Below are positions 25,601-37,193 of a DNA stretch of 64,000 nucleotides, piece after piece. The stretch is from Vicugna vicugna (lineage: Eukaryota), in the NCBI GenBank assembly GCA_013265495.1, contig MU057887.1:1499985-1563984 (forward strand). The letters are read 5' to 3'. Below the pieces are notes generated by a model. That model saw only the letters and a list, made by a program, of their open reading frames with translations. It did no database searches and was not told the origin of the DNA. A program made the translations under genes and the position numbers. Position 1 is the stretch's first letter. Every line of letters starts with the position of its first letter.

Positions 25601-28600
25601 GGAGGAAGAATCCGGACGTGTGTGGGGGTGAGGTCCCCCCATCTGCACCTGGCTCAGGTCCTCTCTGCTGTAAGTTAGCCAGGCTGAGATGAGGGCGGGG
25701 CAGAGCCCCTTCTGTGGGCTCCAGCAGCCCTGGAGCAGGGGTCCTCCCTCGCTGCTTGGCCTGGGTGGACTCTGCTTCTGAGTCTTAACTCAGCAGTGTC
25801 CCCAAGGCCCTGGGCAGAGGCTGGCCCCTCCTTCCTGATCACCCTTTGTGTGGCCCCTTTACAGAGCCTGTTCTGTGCCCCCGGGAGGTGGGTGTGGAGG
25901 CCTTGTTCCTCAGGGAAGCAGCTCCACCTCGGGATTGAAGGGGTCTCTGGAGCCAGGCGGGAGGCTCCCTGTGGGGTCGGCATGGTGTCCACCCACACCC
26001 CCTGCCCGGAGGGTCTTCTCCCAGAGGGTCTGGGTGGGAGGGGCCCGCAGGGCACTGAAGAATGCAGGGTGAGCAGGGAGATCCTGCAGGTGGCGGAGAA
26101 GGGCCCGGGCACTCAAATATTTACCCAGCAGATAGGCCCCTGTGTTCAGCAAACCTAAACAGTTTTCACCGGTTAGTGGTGAAGCCTGGCGGGTCACGAA
26201 CTCCCAGGTGTGCGGTGGGGCTGGGGACACGCTGGAGCCCCCTCCCTCCAGGCAGCAGGGTCTCCTGACCTTCGGCCTCTCCCGGTCTCCCCAAGGCCTG
26301 TCTGTCTGGGGCTGTGGCTGCCTACTGACCTTGGCCTAAATCTCAGGGTCTTGGGCTCAGCCCTACGTCCTCAGGTCTGGTAAGGCGGCCAGGACAGGAA
26401 AGGGAGCTGCTGGGTCCCACTGAGCCCCGTCCTACCCAGGAAGAAGGCACCAGGGCTGTGAGGATCTCTCTGCCATGAGGGCAGCGGAAGCCTGCCTGCA
26501 GCCCCAGGCACTTGTCAGACCCCCAGGGTGTCCCGGCCCCGGGGGCGCCAGTCCTCGCCTCTGAATCTGGCGGATTGATGGGTCCCACTCCTAGGGCTCA
26601 GGGATGCCTTCTGGGACTCACACAGACGTGGCTGTTCCGTGGCTGTTCCCTACCTCCCGGACCACGGCCACAACAGGCCACGCTCAGGGCCGACTCCTGG
26701 GTAGAGGCAGCGCTGAGATGACCCTTGGTCCTGGAACCCACTGCTGCCCTGAAAAGCAGCCTTGGTCCCATCGGACAGGTTACCCCGGGCTGTCACGGTG
26801 CCAGCACGGCCGGCTGCCGGCCTTCGGGCCGGGCCAGCGTTGTCCTTCAGAGTTCACGTTGTCCTGTCCTGGGGCGGCTCAGCCTGCTCCCCTGTGGTTT
26901 CTCCACGGCTGTGGGGAAGACCCCCTTGGAAGTGGCCGGTGGGGGCCGGGGGTGGGGTTCCTGGGGCTCTTCATGCCTCCTGGCCGTGGGCTGATGTTCC
27001 CCGGGGGTCCTGCGCTCTGGACGCCGCAGGCCAAGCCCAGAAGCAGGTCTGCAGCTCCTGGAGCCCAGGAGGAGGCTGTGGCATCTGCGGCTGGGGGAGG
27101 GGCAGGCCCCTGTGCTCACAGGTGTGCTGGGGTTACACCCTGCAGAGCAGAGCTCGCGGGAGTCCGCACCGCCCCAGTCTGCCGCTGTCATCGTCACCGA
27201 GGGCCTCAGGGGAGCTGGGTCTGGGTGAGGAAGCTCCGTCTGAGGGCGGTGGGCTGAGCTGCAGGTGGGGAGCAAAACCCTGCCCTGTAGTGGCCTGAGT
27301 GGTCCCTTCCCTTGCTCGTGACCATCTCAGGGACTCTGGCGGGCGCTGCCCCCCTCGCCCAGACGCGTCCCCCGCCAGTCCCCGGGGCTGGATCCTTCTC
27401 CGCCACAGCCCGCTCACTCTGTCCTCCGCTGAGGCTCACTGAGCAGGGCTGCTCTTGCTGCCCGACTCCCCCAGGGGGTGGCTCTCTGTCCTGCTCACCT
27501 CTTTATCGCGAGCGTCCAGAGCGTGACTGGCACACGAGACTGCCCCGTGCTCGCTGGCGGAGTGGCTGATGTGGACTCTCAGCAGTTCAGGTTCAGCCTG
27601 GCCAGGACACCGGGTTTGTCTTACAACTTGAGCTGTTTGCTGAAAAGGGGAAATGGGATCGTCAGCCCGGAGCAGCTGCCCGTGGCGGGGCTGTCAGCCT
27701 GGGAGTGGGTGTCTGATGAGGGTGTGACTCTCCACGTCCCCACTGCTCCTGTGTCCCATGTGCACCAGGGAGCCTCGCCCTAGGATGCTGGCAGGTCGAG
27801 GCGGCATCCGGGTCTGTGTCTCCGTCCGTGTCCATGGCCTGTCTGTCCCAGCAGGTGGTGGCTCCTCTGGGTGCCATAGAGAGCCCTAGGAAGAGAGGGC
27901 TTACGTCCAGGGGATGCAGGAGGTGGGCAGCGAGGATGAGGACTGTGTCATCGTGGGGTTGTGACGAGCCAGAGTCCACTCTGGACCCAGTTGAGAAACG
28001 AGAAAGTGATCCCTGGCAGGACTGGGGCCTCGTGTCTGCAGGCGCCATCGGGTGGCTTAAGGGCTTCAGGTGGGCTCGGTTCCACCTTGCTGTGATTTCC
28101 CTGGTGCAGCGGACTCGGGGCAGAATCCCCAGAGTCACAGGGTGCCCACCGCTGGCTGTCATCCCCTAAGCGCTTGTGGCATGACCGAGTGGGGAGGGGC
28201 TCTGCAGGACGGGGACCCGGGTGCAGCCGGGCTGTGCTCACTCCTGTGGGGGAGACCGGAGCTCCTTTCCTCGCTCTTGAGTCAGTGGGTGATAGTTCCA
28301 CTACCTGGGGCTCTGGTCTGGAGGTGCAGCAGGACCATGACTCCCTCCCCTGCCTCTGCTTGTGACCTTGGGCTTCCTGCGTGGCGGGTGCCGCCCTGGC
28401 GTAGGTGTGGTAGGTGGTGCTCGCAAGCTTTCCTGAGGAGGGGGTGGTTCTCTCCCTGTGGGCACCTTGCTCCCATCGTCCCCACAGCCTGGCCAGGCCT
28501 CTCTGCCCCCCGGCAGCGTCCAGGTCAGAGGAAGGCTGGAATCTCCGCCCTGGATCGGAACTTAGCTCAGGAGCATCCACATCTCCCAGGAAGCTTTGCA

Positions 28601-29200
28601 GGACTTGCGTCAGGCTGGGTTGGGCCCCTTCGTCGGTTCATAACTCACTTCTTCAGCAAGATGAGCTGGTGTGCTTGAAGGCACAGAAAGTGCAGGATTA
28701 GATTGTGTACAAAGCGGCTGCTGGCACCCTCTGGCTTGCCCTCGTCCCCTCCTGCTCCCTGCGCCCAGCTGCCGGAGCCATGGCCTTCTGCAGCCCTGAC
28801 CACCTCCCATGCACAGCTCTCTCCGAGAAGTCCAGGCAGCCCTGGGGAGGGCAGAGCCCAGGCCTGACCCAGATGGTCCGCATCCTCACTGCGGCCCTCG
28901 GCCTGGCCCTGGCTGCTCCCAGCCTGGAGTGGGAGGACTCCTGTCCTCAGGTGTGGGCGGGGTGGCTGCTCCCTGTCTCTGGTGACATGTGGCTGGTTCA
29001 GGCCATCTGGACACCGAGATCTTGCCCCATCTGAGTAGGAGAAGCCCTGATGGAGAGACTCCTGTAGGTGCTCCCCCCACCCCCGAAGGAGCAAGGGCGC
29101 TGCTGCCTGAGTGCTCGGCAGACCAGCCCTCCCTCGGCCCCTCTGCAGGGCGGCGGGGCGGTCCGCGGGACGCTCACCTGGCGCTGCCCTTCCCTCACAG

Positions 29201-29321
29201 AGGAGGAGCTCCGGAAGCTGCGCGAAGAAACCAACTCGGAGATGCTGCGGCAGGAGCTGGACCGGGAGCGGCAGCGGCGGATGGAGCTGGAGCAGAAGGT
29301 CCAGGAGGTGCTGAAGGCCAG
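29201..29321 (+). CDS. GRAMD4: GRAMD4 coding exon 3, coiled coil (QEELRKLREETNSEMLRQELDRERQRRMELEQKVQEVLKAR)
   Basis: CTCACAG acceptor, CAG|GTGAGG donor, 121 nt; phases 1/2 are consistent with neighbours. Confidence 0.96.
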
Positions 29322-29460
29322 GTGAGGAGGAGGGGAGGCCGGGCGAGGAGGAGGCGAGGCCAGGCGAGGAGATGCTCAGGGCCAGGTGAGGACCAAGTGA
29401 GGAGTGGGACCAGGTGAGGTGCCCAAGGCCAGGTGAGGAGGGAGTGAAGGCCAGGTGACA
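29316..29460 (+). repeat. Degenerate minisatellite built on the unit AGGCCAGGTGAGGAG
   Basis: About 8 imperfect copies, beginning at the exon 3 donor itself. Confidence 0.9.
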
Positions 29461-31307
29461 CCACCGCCCAGGCAGTGTTGCCCTGTCTGTAGTGGGGGTT
29501 CCCTGAGTCAAGATCTTGCTCAAATCCGGAAGTGGCCGGCCCCGGGAGCAGACACACCTCCAGCCCCCAGTGCTGTGTGGCTCCTGCTGGCGCCCCGTCT
29601 CTGCCCTCCTCAATAGGACGGGGCTGTCACAGTCTCTCCAGGAGTCCTGCTGCCCCTCCCCTCATCCTTTTGGTCTCAGCCGAGAACTCAGGTCCAGTCA
29701 CCCTCCTGGCTCCTGGGCTGACGGGCCTGGTGACTGTGTGTACACGTGCCCCGGGCAGGGGGCCTGAGGTCTCTGCTGAGTGGGGGTGCCCCCCCAGGCC
29801 TCCTCAGCCCTCACAGCCCCTCCTGGGCCCAGAGCATTATGAGGGTCAGAGGGTGAGTGGTGATTGTGGGCCTGGCCCAGACTCTCTGGGTCAAGTCCTG
29901 CCTGTGCCGGTCATGAGCTGTGATCAAGGTCAAGGTGCCTCGGGGCCTTTGTCTGGGGAAGAGGGGGTGGAGGAACCCTGTTCCACAGCAGGAGGAATGG
30001 AGGAGTCACAGAGCCTGCCACGAGCGGCCTGGCCGGGCAGGGCTGCCTCACGTCCCCCAAGTCTTGGCCAGCAGTCACCCCCCAGCTCCTGGCAGGGCCT
30101 TCCCAGGACCTGAGACCCTGCCCACCCTGCCTCTGTGCTTTCCCACGCTCACCGCCCTCCCCTGCCCCCACCGCCCACCTGGACATGTCCCTGCCCCGAG
30201 CCCCCGACAGTAGTCCCGGCACCGCACCTGCGTCACCCTGCTGTACCCGTGACCTCGGGGTCAGCCTGCCCTGGATGGTCACCTCTTTCCATTGGGGTCC
30301 TCCGTCCCCAGGCTGCCAGGTGACACCCCAGCTTCTGGAGGGGGTGACATGGACCGTGCTGCAAGATGGCACTCCTCTGGCACGCGGCCTCCTCCAGTGC
30401 CCCACACCTCTGCCTGCATGAACTTGGCCTCTGCCTCGGGGTGCCACCAGCGAGAGGCAGGTCATGCCAGAGGGGTGTTCCCGGATTCTAAGAGCTGTGC
30501 TCTTCCCGTTCTGATAAACCCTCACGAGTCTCTTCTTCTGTGTGGCATCCCAGCCAGCAGCCTGGTAGATGAGGCCACCGAAGTCCCCACTGCCCCTTCG
30601 GTCCCCTCCGGCCCCACACCACCTTTGTCCAGGCCCTCTGCGGCCTGAGTGGACAGCTCTCTCCAGCTTGGGGCAGCCCAGCCAGAGCCGGCTTCTCTGT
30701 GAAGAGGCCGAGTGTCACTGTCCTTCTTGACATTTGTAACCCCGCAGCTGAGGGTTCCAGGAGAGGAACACGCAGGCCAGGACCAGGAAGTAGGAGCTGC
30801 AGGTCCGAGGAGCGTGGAGGGGCCGCTCCCCTGCTTTCAGGGTGGGGAGGTTAGGGTTTAGGAACCTTCTGGAAGCTGAGACCTGAAGGAGGAGGGGTGC
30901 AGGGAAAGCAAGTTCTGGGCAAGGCCTCCTCCTGCCTGGTCGACATCCTGGTGCCCATCTGGGTGGGCACGCGTGTGGGGACCCCGTTCACCGTGGGGCA
31001 CACACACATGCATCACACACACACAGGCTGGGAGTGGAACATGGTGACTATGTTTACACAAACCTCTGTTTTGTTTTTTAAGAAAATTCTGGGAAAATCA
31101 CCTTGGTTTAAGCTTACTTACTTGTTAAGGTGAAGGCCGTCTCCAGTTAATGGGTTCAAAAGCACCATGGAGACATTGCCCTTTGACCTCCACCAGCCTG
31201 TGGTCTGGTCTTGCCCGGAGCCCTGTCCTGGGGTTTGCTCGCAGAGGGCACCTCCTATGGCTCCTGTGCCCTCCTGGCCACATCGTGGCCTTGGCCAGGG
31301 GCGCAAA

Positions 31308-31472
31308 GTGTGACTGTCCCGTGCGCCCAGCCCACTCCCCCCCAACACGGGCCCCTGGCATCACGCTCCGTATCGATCTCCGGTGTCTGCCTGTGTGTGA
31401 CCGTCCCGTGCGCCCAGCCCGCTCCCGCACTCGACACGGGCCCCTGGCATCGCGCTCTACGTGTCGGGCTCC
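31308..31472. repeat. Diverged tandem duplication, period about 87 bp, x2
   Basis: GTGTGAC(T/C)GTCCCGTGCGCCCAGCCC...ACACGGGCCCCTGGCATC(A/G)CGCTC starts at 31308 and 31395. Confidence 0.9.
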
Positions 31473-32453
31473 AGCGTCTGCCCTGAGGCCTCGGGTCCTT
31501 GCCGGCAGGAAAACTAGACTTTAGTAAAGTGGTTCCGGACGCTCCACTCCAGATTGTGCGGCTGGTGGTTGGACAGCAGCGTAGGTGGCTCAGAGACGTC
31601 ATGGAAGGCCCCCAGCTGTCAGGGATGCAAGGGCCCTTTTCTTGTGGCGTTGTGTTGCTCCAAGGCCACCGGCTCACGTCTGCTCACCCTGGTCACCTGG
31701 AGCTGCGGGCCGGCCCCCTGCTGGGAGCGTTTGGGCTGCTGCAGGCCGTCTGCCTGTCCTCCTTTTAACTTGTAAAGCATTCACTGCTGCAGCTCTGTGC
31801 TCAGTCGGCTTCCTAAGAGGCAGTCGAGATTCCACACCTGGCGTGACCGGAGGGAGGTGAAGTCCCTGCCCCTGGGAGCACCTGCACCCGAGTCTCCAGG
31901 CATCTTTCTCCGAAGGCAGCTTGCAGCCCATGAGTACCTGAACACCTGCTCGTCTCTAGCAGGTGATGGGGCTGGAACGATCACACAGCCTTTGTGCAGG
32001 ATCAGCGTCATCAGGTGCCAGCCCAGCAGTAAACAGTAACACGCAGGACGCTCCAGGCAGCCCCAGCCTGCCTGTGGCTTAGCGAGCTGGTGTCCTCCAG
32101 GCCCGCGAGCCCTCAGTCGCACGCCTGGGCCTGGGCCGGGGCCTGGGCGGGAGCCTGTTGTTGGTGCTTCCTGGGTGAGCCGCCTCTTCTGGGAATGTCC
32201 TGGTGCAGAGGCCTGGACGCCTGCCCAGGAACGGGGGGCACCCAGCCAGGGCACGGGAGTTGCCGGCATGCCCGGCTCCCCTCCTGTTCCTGAAATATCC
32301 TCACTGGTCAGCAGCTCTGGACGTGGACGGTCGCCTGGGCAGCCTGGCCACGGGGGGCAGGGGGTGTAGAGGCCCAGTGGCCTCCTCCTTGACTGTGGCT
32401 CCTTTCTCTGGGACCCCTCCCGGTCCACTGCTTCAGGAGGCTGTCAGACCTGA

Positions 32454-32584
32454 GGGGAGGGTTTAGCTTAAGTGGTCGAGTGCATGCTTAGCACATGTGA
32501 GGTCCTGGGCTCAATCCCCAGTACCTCCTCTAAGAATAAATGTAAGGAAACCTAATTACCTACGCCCACCAAAAAAAAAAAAAA
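32454..32584 (+). mobile_element. tRNA-derived SINE (camelid Vic-1-like)
   Basis: GGGGAGGGTTTAGCTTAAGTGG (A box), GGGCTCAATCCCCAGTACCTCC (B box), poly-A tail, degenerate TSD. Confidence 0.85.
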
Positions 32585-33581
32585 GAGGCTGCCGGCCTCA
32601 CCCCCTGCCTGCCCTGCTCTGTCCTCTGTGCCTCCTGCACTAACACGACATGGCGGTGATGGGTTCCAGTTGCGGGTCACAAGCCCACGGACTGGGTGGG
32701 TTCACGGAGATGCTGGAGTGAAATCACGCTGTGTACACAAAACAGAATGCTGAAGGTGTGCACGTGGGGAGGGCCCCCCAGCCACGCTGTCTCTGCCCTG
32801 GGGGAGTCCTCTGTGCCCCCCAGCCCCTATGAAGGTTTGCCTGGGGTGCCGCTTTTCCCACGTTCTGGGGTCTGCTGGACGGGGGGCCGCGGGAGCAGTG
32901 TGGTGTATCAGCAGCCCAGGCCAGTGCCGGGCGAGGAGGGCAGGCGGACTGGCTAGTCAGTGACGGAGCACTGCCCAACGTATGGGGCCAGGCCTTTGGC
33001 TGGGGGCCAGTCTGTCAGGGCCTGTGGCTGGAAATCAGGCCCACTGTCAGCATCCAGCAGGTGGACAGGAATTCCAGGGAGGGCTCCGAGGCCAGGCGAG
33101 TCCTGTGGTCGGGGACGGCTGGGCTGCAGGGCAGGGAGCCGGGCAGGTGGCTGGCGTGGACCGAGCTGGGCCGTGTGTGCAGGGGGCGGGGGTCACTCAG
33201 CCTGCGGCTTTGCATGGTGCTTGCTGAATATGCGTGTTGATAAATCTTTTCCACTGGCAGGCTAGTTAATTAGTACAAGAGCTAGTTGTTCCGAGCTGAG
33301 TAATAAGTAAAGACCCAAATGTGCTAAAAGTAACAGGAAAGAAAAGAGTTGTGTGCTTGAGACGCTGTTCATTTGGTCGGCAAGCACCAGCAGGCGCACC
33401 CGTTAGGCGTGCAGCTCTGCGCCTGCCCTCGCAGCCGGCGTCTGAGCCGTCAGGAGCCCAGAGGGCTCCCGGTGGGTCGGAACAGGCACCGCTGTGTGCA
33501 GCACAGCTCCCGTGAGAGCCTTGCAAAGCCCAACACACCTTGAACTGACAGAAGTCTTGCTTCTTGTCTCCCCTCTTTAAG

Positions 33582-33643
33582 AACCGAGGAGCCGCCAGCT
33601 CAGCAGCCCGTGAGAGGCCAGGCCCAGGTCAATAACGGAGCAG
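33582..33643 (+). CDS. GRAMD4: GRAMD4 coding exon 4 (TEEPPAQQPVRGQAQVNNGA)
   Basis: Pyrimidine tract plus TTTAAG acceptor, CAG|GTAGGC donor, 62 nt; similar to remembered human TEEQMAQQPPKGQAQASNGA. Confidence 0.9.
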
Positions 33644-34864
33644 GTAGGCCTGCAGGCAGCGGGTGGGTGGGCTCTGTCCCCGGGTGCCCCTGCTCACCTC
33701 CGGGGACCTCCTCCCTTGGGGACTGGGTTCGTGTCTCTAATTACGAGTTGGGGGGTCTTCATAGCAGATGCAAGTTGTTCAAGCAAAACACAACACTTTT
33801 TTCGTGAAAGTGCGAGGCAGCACCGGCCCGGCCCTTCCCCAAAGACAAGTCAGGTCGGGGTCACACTGGCTGCTTGGCCCCAGCCTGCTTGCCTGTTTCC
33901 AAAGGCTGGTTGTCCCGACAAGGGGGTGAGTGGGCGGTGGGGGTGCCCCAGCCCCCCAGTCGGAACGCAGAACCCCTTTCCGGGTCTTGTCTTCCCGCCC
34001 CAAGCTCGCGCCCTGTCTCACCCCACACTCTGCACGTTCTGAAGTTGTCATTCAGAGGGTGGCGTGGGAGCAGACCGGGCTTCCATCCAGCTCTCGGGGG
34101 ACCTGGTCCACGGTGGGCCCTGGGCCGCGTGGCCTCGCACTAGGGCCCCTGCAGGCTGACTGTGGGCGGGAAGCCCCCTGCCTGGGCCAGGGCTCAGAAA
34201 GCTACAGCAGAAGGGCCTTCGGTTAAACCCTGCCTGGCTGAAGATGTGGAACCCAGGTCCCGGAGGGAAGGCCTCTCCCAGGGTGACCCGCCATGGGGAG
34301 GCTGAGCTGGAACCAGAGCCGGATGCTCGCCCCGTTCCCGCCCAGTTCAGGGCCTTACTGCACCTGCCTTCCGGAGAGGAAGATGCCCTTCCTGGGGCCC
34401 CAGAGCTGGACATGCCACGGGCCAGGTTGTGTGCAGGATTGGCTGCTGCATCCAGTGGGGCAGAGTCCTCTCGGGTTCCCAGGGTTCATGACCACTGGCC
34501 CAGGTTCCAAGCCAGGAGCAGCACAAGGGAGCCCCCAGGGCCCCTGCTATGGGTGGCAATTAGTGAGCGTCCTGCACTTGTGGGAAGTGTCAGAGGAGAG
34601 TCTTTCCACCCCAGCCCCTTGGGTCCCCACAGCCACCTGCTCTGAGGGCCAGTCCTTAAGCTGAGGTCTATTCTGATAGCTGTGGTCACTGCGAAGCGGG
34701 CTCTGTGTGGGAGGCAGGGGGTGTGGTGAAGGGAGGGAAGGACCCAGCAAGTACAGCCCTGAGGATGTGGGGGTGGGGACGGGGGTCTGCGTGGTCCCGG
34801 GACGGGGCAGGGCTCAGGAGCGCCGTGAGACCTGTCCACTTGGGCAGTGCGCCTGGCCCCGACC

Positions 34865-35105
34865 CGGGGTTGGCAAACCACAGCTCCGCATCTGGGTTTA
34901 CATTTTTAAAATGCTTTTAAATCCTTTTAAACGGTTGGGAAAAAAGCAAAAGAATCTTTGACAATTGAATGTTACACGAATGTCAGGTTTCAGCATCGTG
35001 AGTTGGGTTTCACGGGAGTGCAGCCGGGCCCGTCCACTGTCCACGGCTGCTCTCCAGGCCCTTGCAGTGCCGGCCCCTGCGTGGACTCTCACCCTAAAAA
35101 CCCTG
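34865..35105. mobile_element. MER58-like fragment
   Basis: GGGGTTGGCAAACCAC...TTTACATTTTTAAA...GGTTGGGAAAAAAGCAAAAGAA. Confidence 0.55.
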
Positions 35106-35868
35106 GCACGCGCCAGGCGGGCGGGGTGTGGGACCCCCCAGCCCTCCCCACCCGTCATCTTCTAAGCCTGAGTGGCCTCTGGGCATTTCTGAGCCTCATG
35201 GCCTCTGTGAGTGCAAACCCTGGTCCCTTGGTGCCAGCAGCACGTGACCACCTTCACGCCACTCCCTCTGGTTGTGGTCAGACAGCGCCCCCTGCAGGTG
35301 ACTCCGCCACCTGCCCTCTGCAGGGACAGACTTGTTCCTTGGGATTTGGGCTGGTTTTCTTGAGTCTGATGTGGGTGGCTTTCCAAAGGCCTTGGCCATG
35401 AGTAAGCAGAGACCGCTTCACTCACGGGAGCCCCCACCAGGACACAGCCCTCGACACACAGGCCCACTGGCTGTCCCCCAGGGACACCTGGCCACTCCCC
35501 AGACAAACCAGTGTGCCCAGTTAGACATGGGGGGAGGCTGACACAGACCCCACGATGGGCTGAGAGCCTGCCTGGACGGCGACTGTGCTGGGGACGGCCT
35601 CCAGTAAGCCGGGGGCCGGTGTGAGAAACACGGGGAGCCCTGGGGTCTGCGTTGGTTGGTTTGCACCTTGTAGTGAGGTGGACCAGGCTCTGTTTTCAGG
35701 GGCCCGAGCCCTTCAGAGGCCTGGCACGGACGGGTCCTCACCCAGCTCCCGGGGAGCCCTGGTGCACAGCGGCCCTGACCCACCCCACACGCACCCCCAC
35801 ACCTGCCCCTGCCTTCTGAGGCCCCCTCAGCCCACCGCCCTCACCGAGACCCCCGCCTCGTCCCACAG

Positions 35869-36001
35869 ACCGGCGGGGCCAGGGGCTGTGCCCCCGCGTG
35901 CAGAAGTGGTTCTGTGAGAGGTTCGGGGAGTATGTGGAGGACTTCCGGTTCCAGCCCGAGGAGAGCACGGTGGAGGCGGATGAGCCCCTCAGCGCCCGGA
36001 G
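35869..36001 (+). CDS. GRAMD4: GRAMD4 coding exon 5 (DRRGQGLCPRVQKWFCERFGEYVEDFRFQPEESTVEADEPLSARR)
   Basis: CCCACAG acceptor, GAG|GTGAGA donor, 133 nt. Confidence 0.94.
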
Positions 36002-36546
36002 GTGAGACCCTCGTGGGACTGGGTGGGGGCGCCCGGGGCAGGGAGCCCGGGGCCGGTGGGCCTGGTCCCTGCACCGAGGCTTGAGAGCCAGGCCGGGTCT
36101 CGGTACAGCAGCGGAGTGGGACGGCTGTCGGGGCGCCCTGGGCCAGCCGTGCGGCCGCCCTGGCAGGAAGGGCCTCTCCGGGGCCAGCAAGCTAGGCCGG
36201 CAGGTTTCACAGGGGCAGCCGCACAGCCGTGTCCCCTACTCAGGGTTCGGACTCGTGCTTTCGTGGGGCGGTGGGCTCACAGCGAGGGCCCACTCCCTGG
36301 GCCTCGCTCGTGGGGACGCACAACCGCTGGGTGAACCTCGGGCCCTAGGGACTCTGAGAGCCCCCTGCGGGCCTGGCCCTCCTCTCAGACACGGGCAGGG
36401 GCATGTGGGCAGGAGACGAGGGACCTGCCTCAACCGAGGGAGCAGCAGTGGGGTCCCGGGTCAGCTCGGGCTCCCCTGGTGCTGTGGGGCCAGCGACGCC
36501 GCTCCAGTTCAGTCAGGGCTGGCGCTCACCTCTCCCTCTCTCCTAG

Positions 36547-36572
36547 GCTGACCGAGAACATGAGGAGGCTCA
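36547..36572 (+). CDS. GRAMD4: GRAMD4 coding exon 6, 26-nt microexon (LTENMRRL)
   Basis: CTCCTAG acceptor, TCA|GTAAGT donor; required to keep the frame between coding exons 5 and 7. Confidence 0.93.
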
Positions 36573-37101
36573 GTAAGTACCTGTGTGTCTCCGTGGGGCC
36601 GTGCAGTCCTTGGGGCTAAGCTGCCTGTGGGTGTGGGTGGCCTGAGGAGTGACTGCGGTCTTGTGCAGACCTGGACTGCCCTCCAAAGAGACATTTGTCA
36701 GGAATTCCCACCCAGCCTTCTCCCTAAGGCCTACCCCATCTGTCCATCCGCCCCGGCCCACAGTTAGAAGCAGGTTCCCTCCAGGTCTGGAAGCCCTGGT
36801 GAAAAGTAGTTCTTCTCCAGACACTTGCCAGGCCCATGGCATGTGAACAAAGCCCCCAGCCCCGCTGTTCCCGCCTAGGGGCACTGGCGGGCCGCAGATG
36901 GCATCTCCCCGTGGGGGCGAAAGACAGCGGGCAGCAGCGGCATGGCCTGGGGTTGGGGCACCAGGGGCCTGCGACGGCTCGGGTTTGCTCTGCTCGTTTT
37001 GGTTCTGCATCCCCCCCGTCAACTGGTGCAGCCAGTGGGGCTGGCCGGGTGTGTCCGAGGGCCGGGCGAGCCCTGGCCTGACTGCTCTGTCCTGTCCCCA
37101 G

Positions 37102-37193
37102 AGCGCGGCGCCAGGCCTGTCACCAGCTTTGTGAAGAACCTCTCTGCCTTATCTGACTGGTACTCCGTCTACACGTCGGCCATTGCCTTCACC
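37102..37193 (+). CDS. GRAMD4: GRAMD4 coding exon 7 (KRGARPVTSFVKNLSALSDWYSVYTSAIAFT)
   Basis: CCCCAG acceptor, ACC|GTGAGT donor, 92 nt. Confidence 0.95.

Noticed and set aside
28645-29613. 322-aa minus-strand ORF with SSSPGL repeats
   Set aside because: The repeats are the translated donor minisatellite, and the Leu-rich part is the antisense of the coiled-coil exon.
32454-32530. tRNA genes here and at 56024 and 56264
   Set aside because: tRNA-like A/B boxes are present, but so are A-tails and TSDs, and no complete cloverleaf was evident; these are SINEs.
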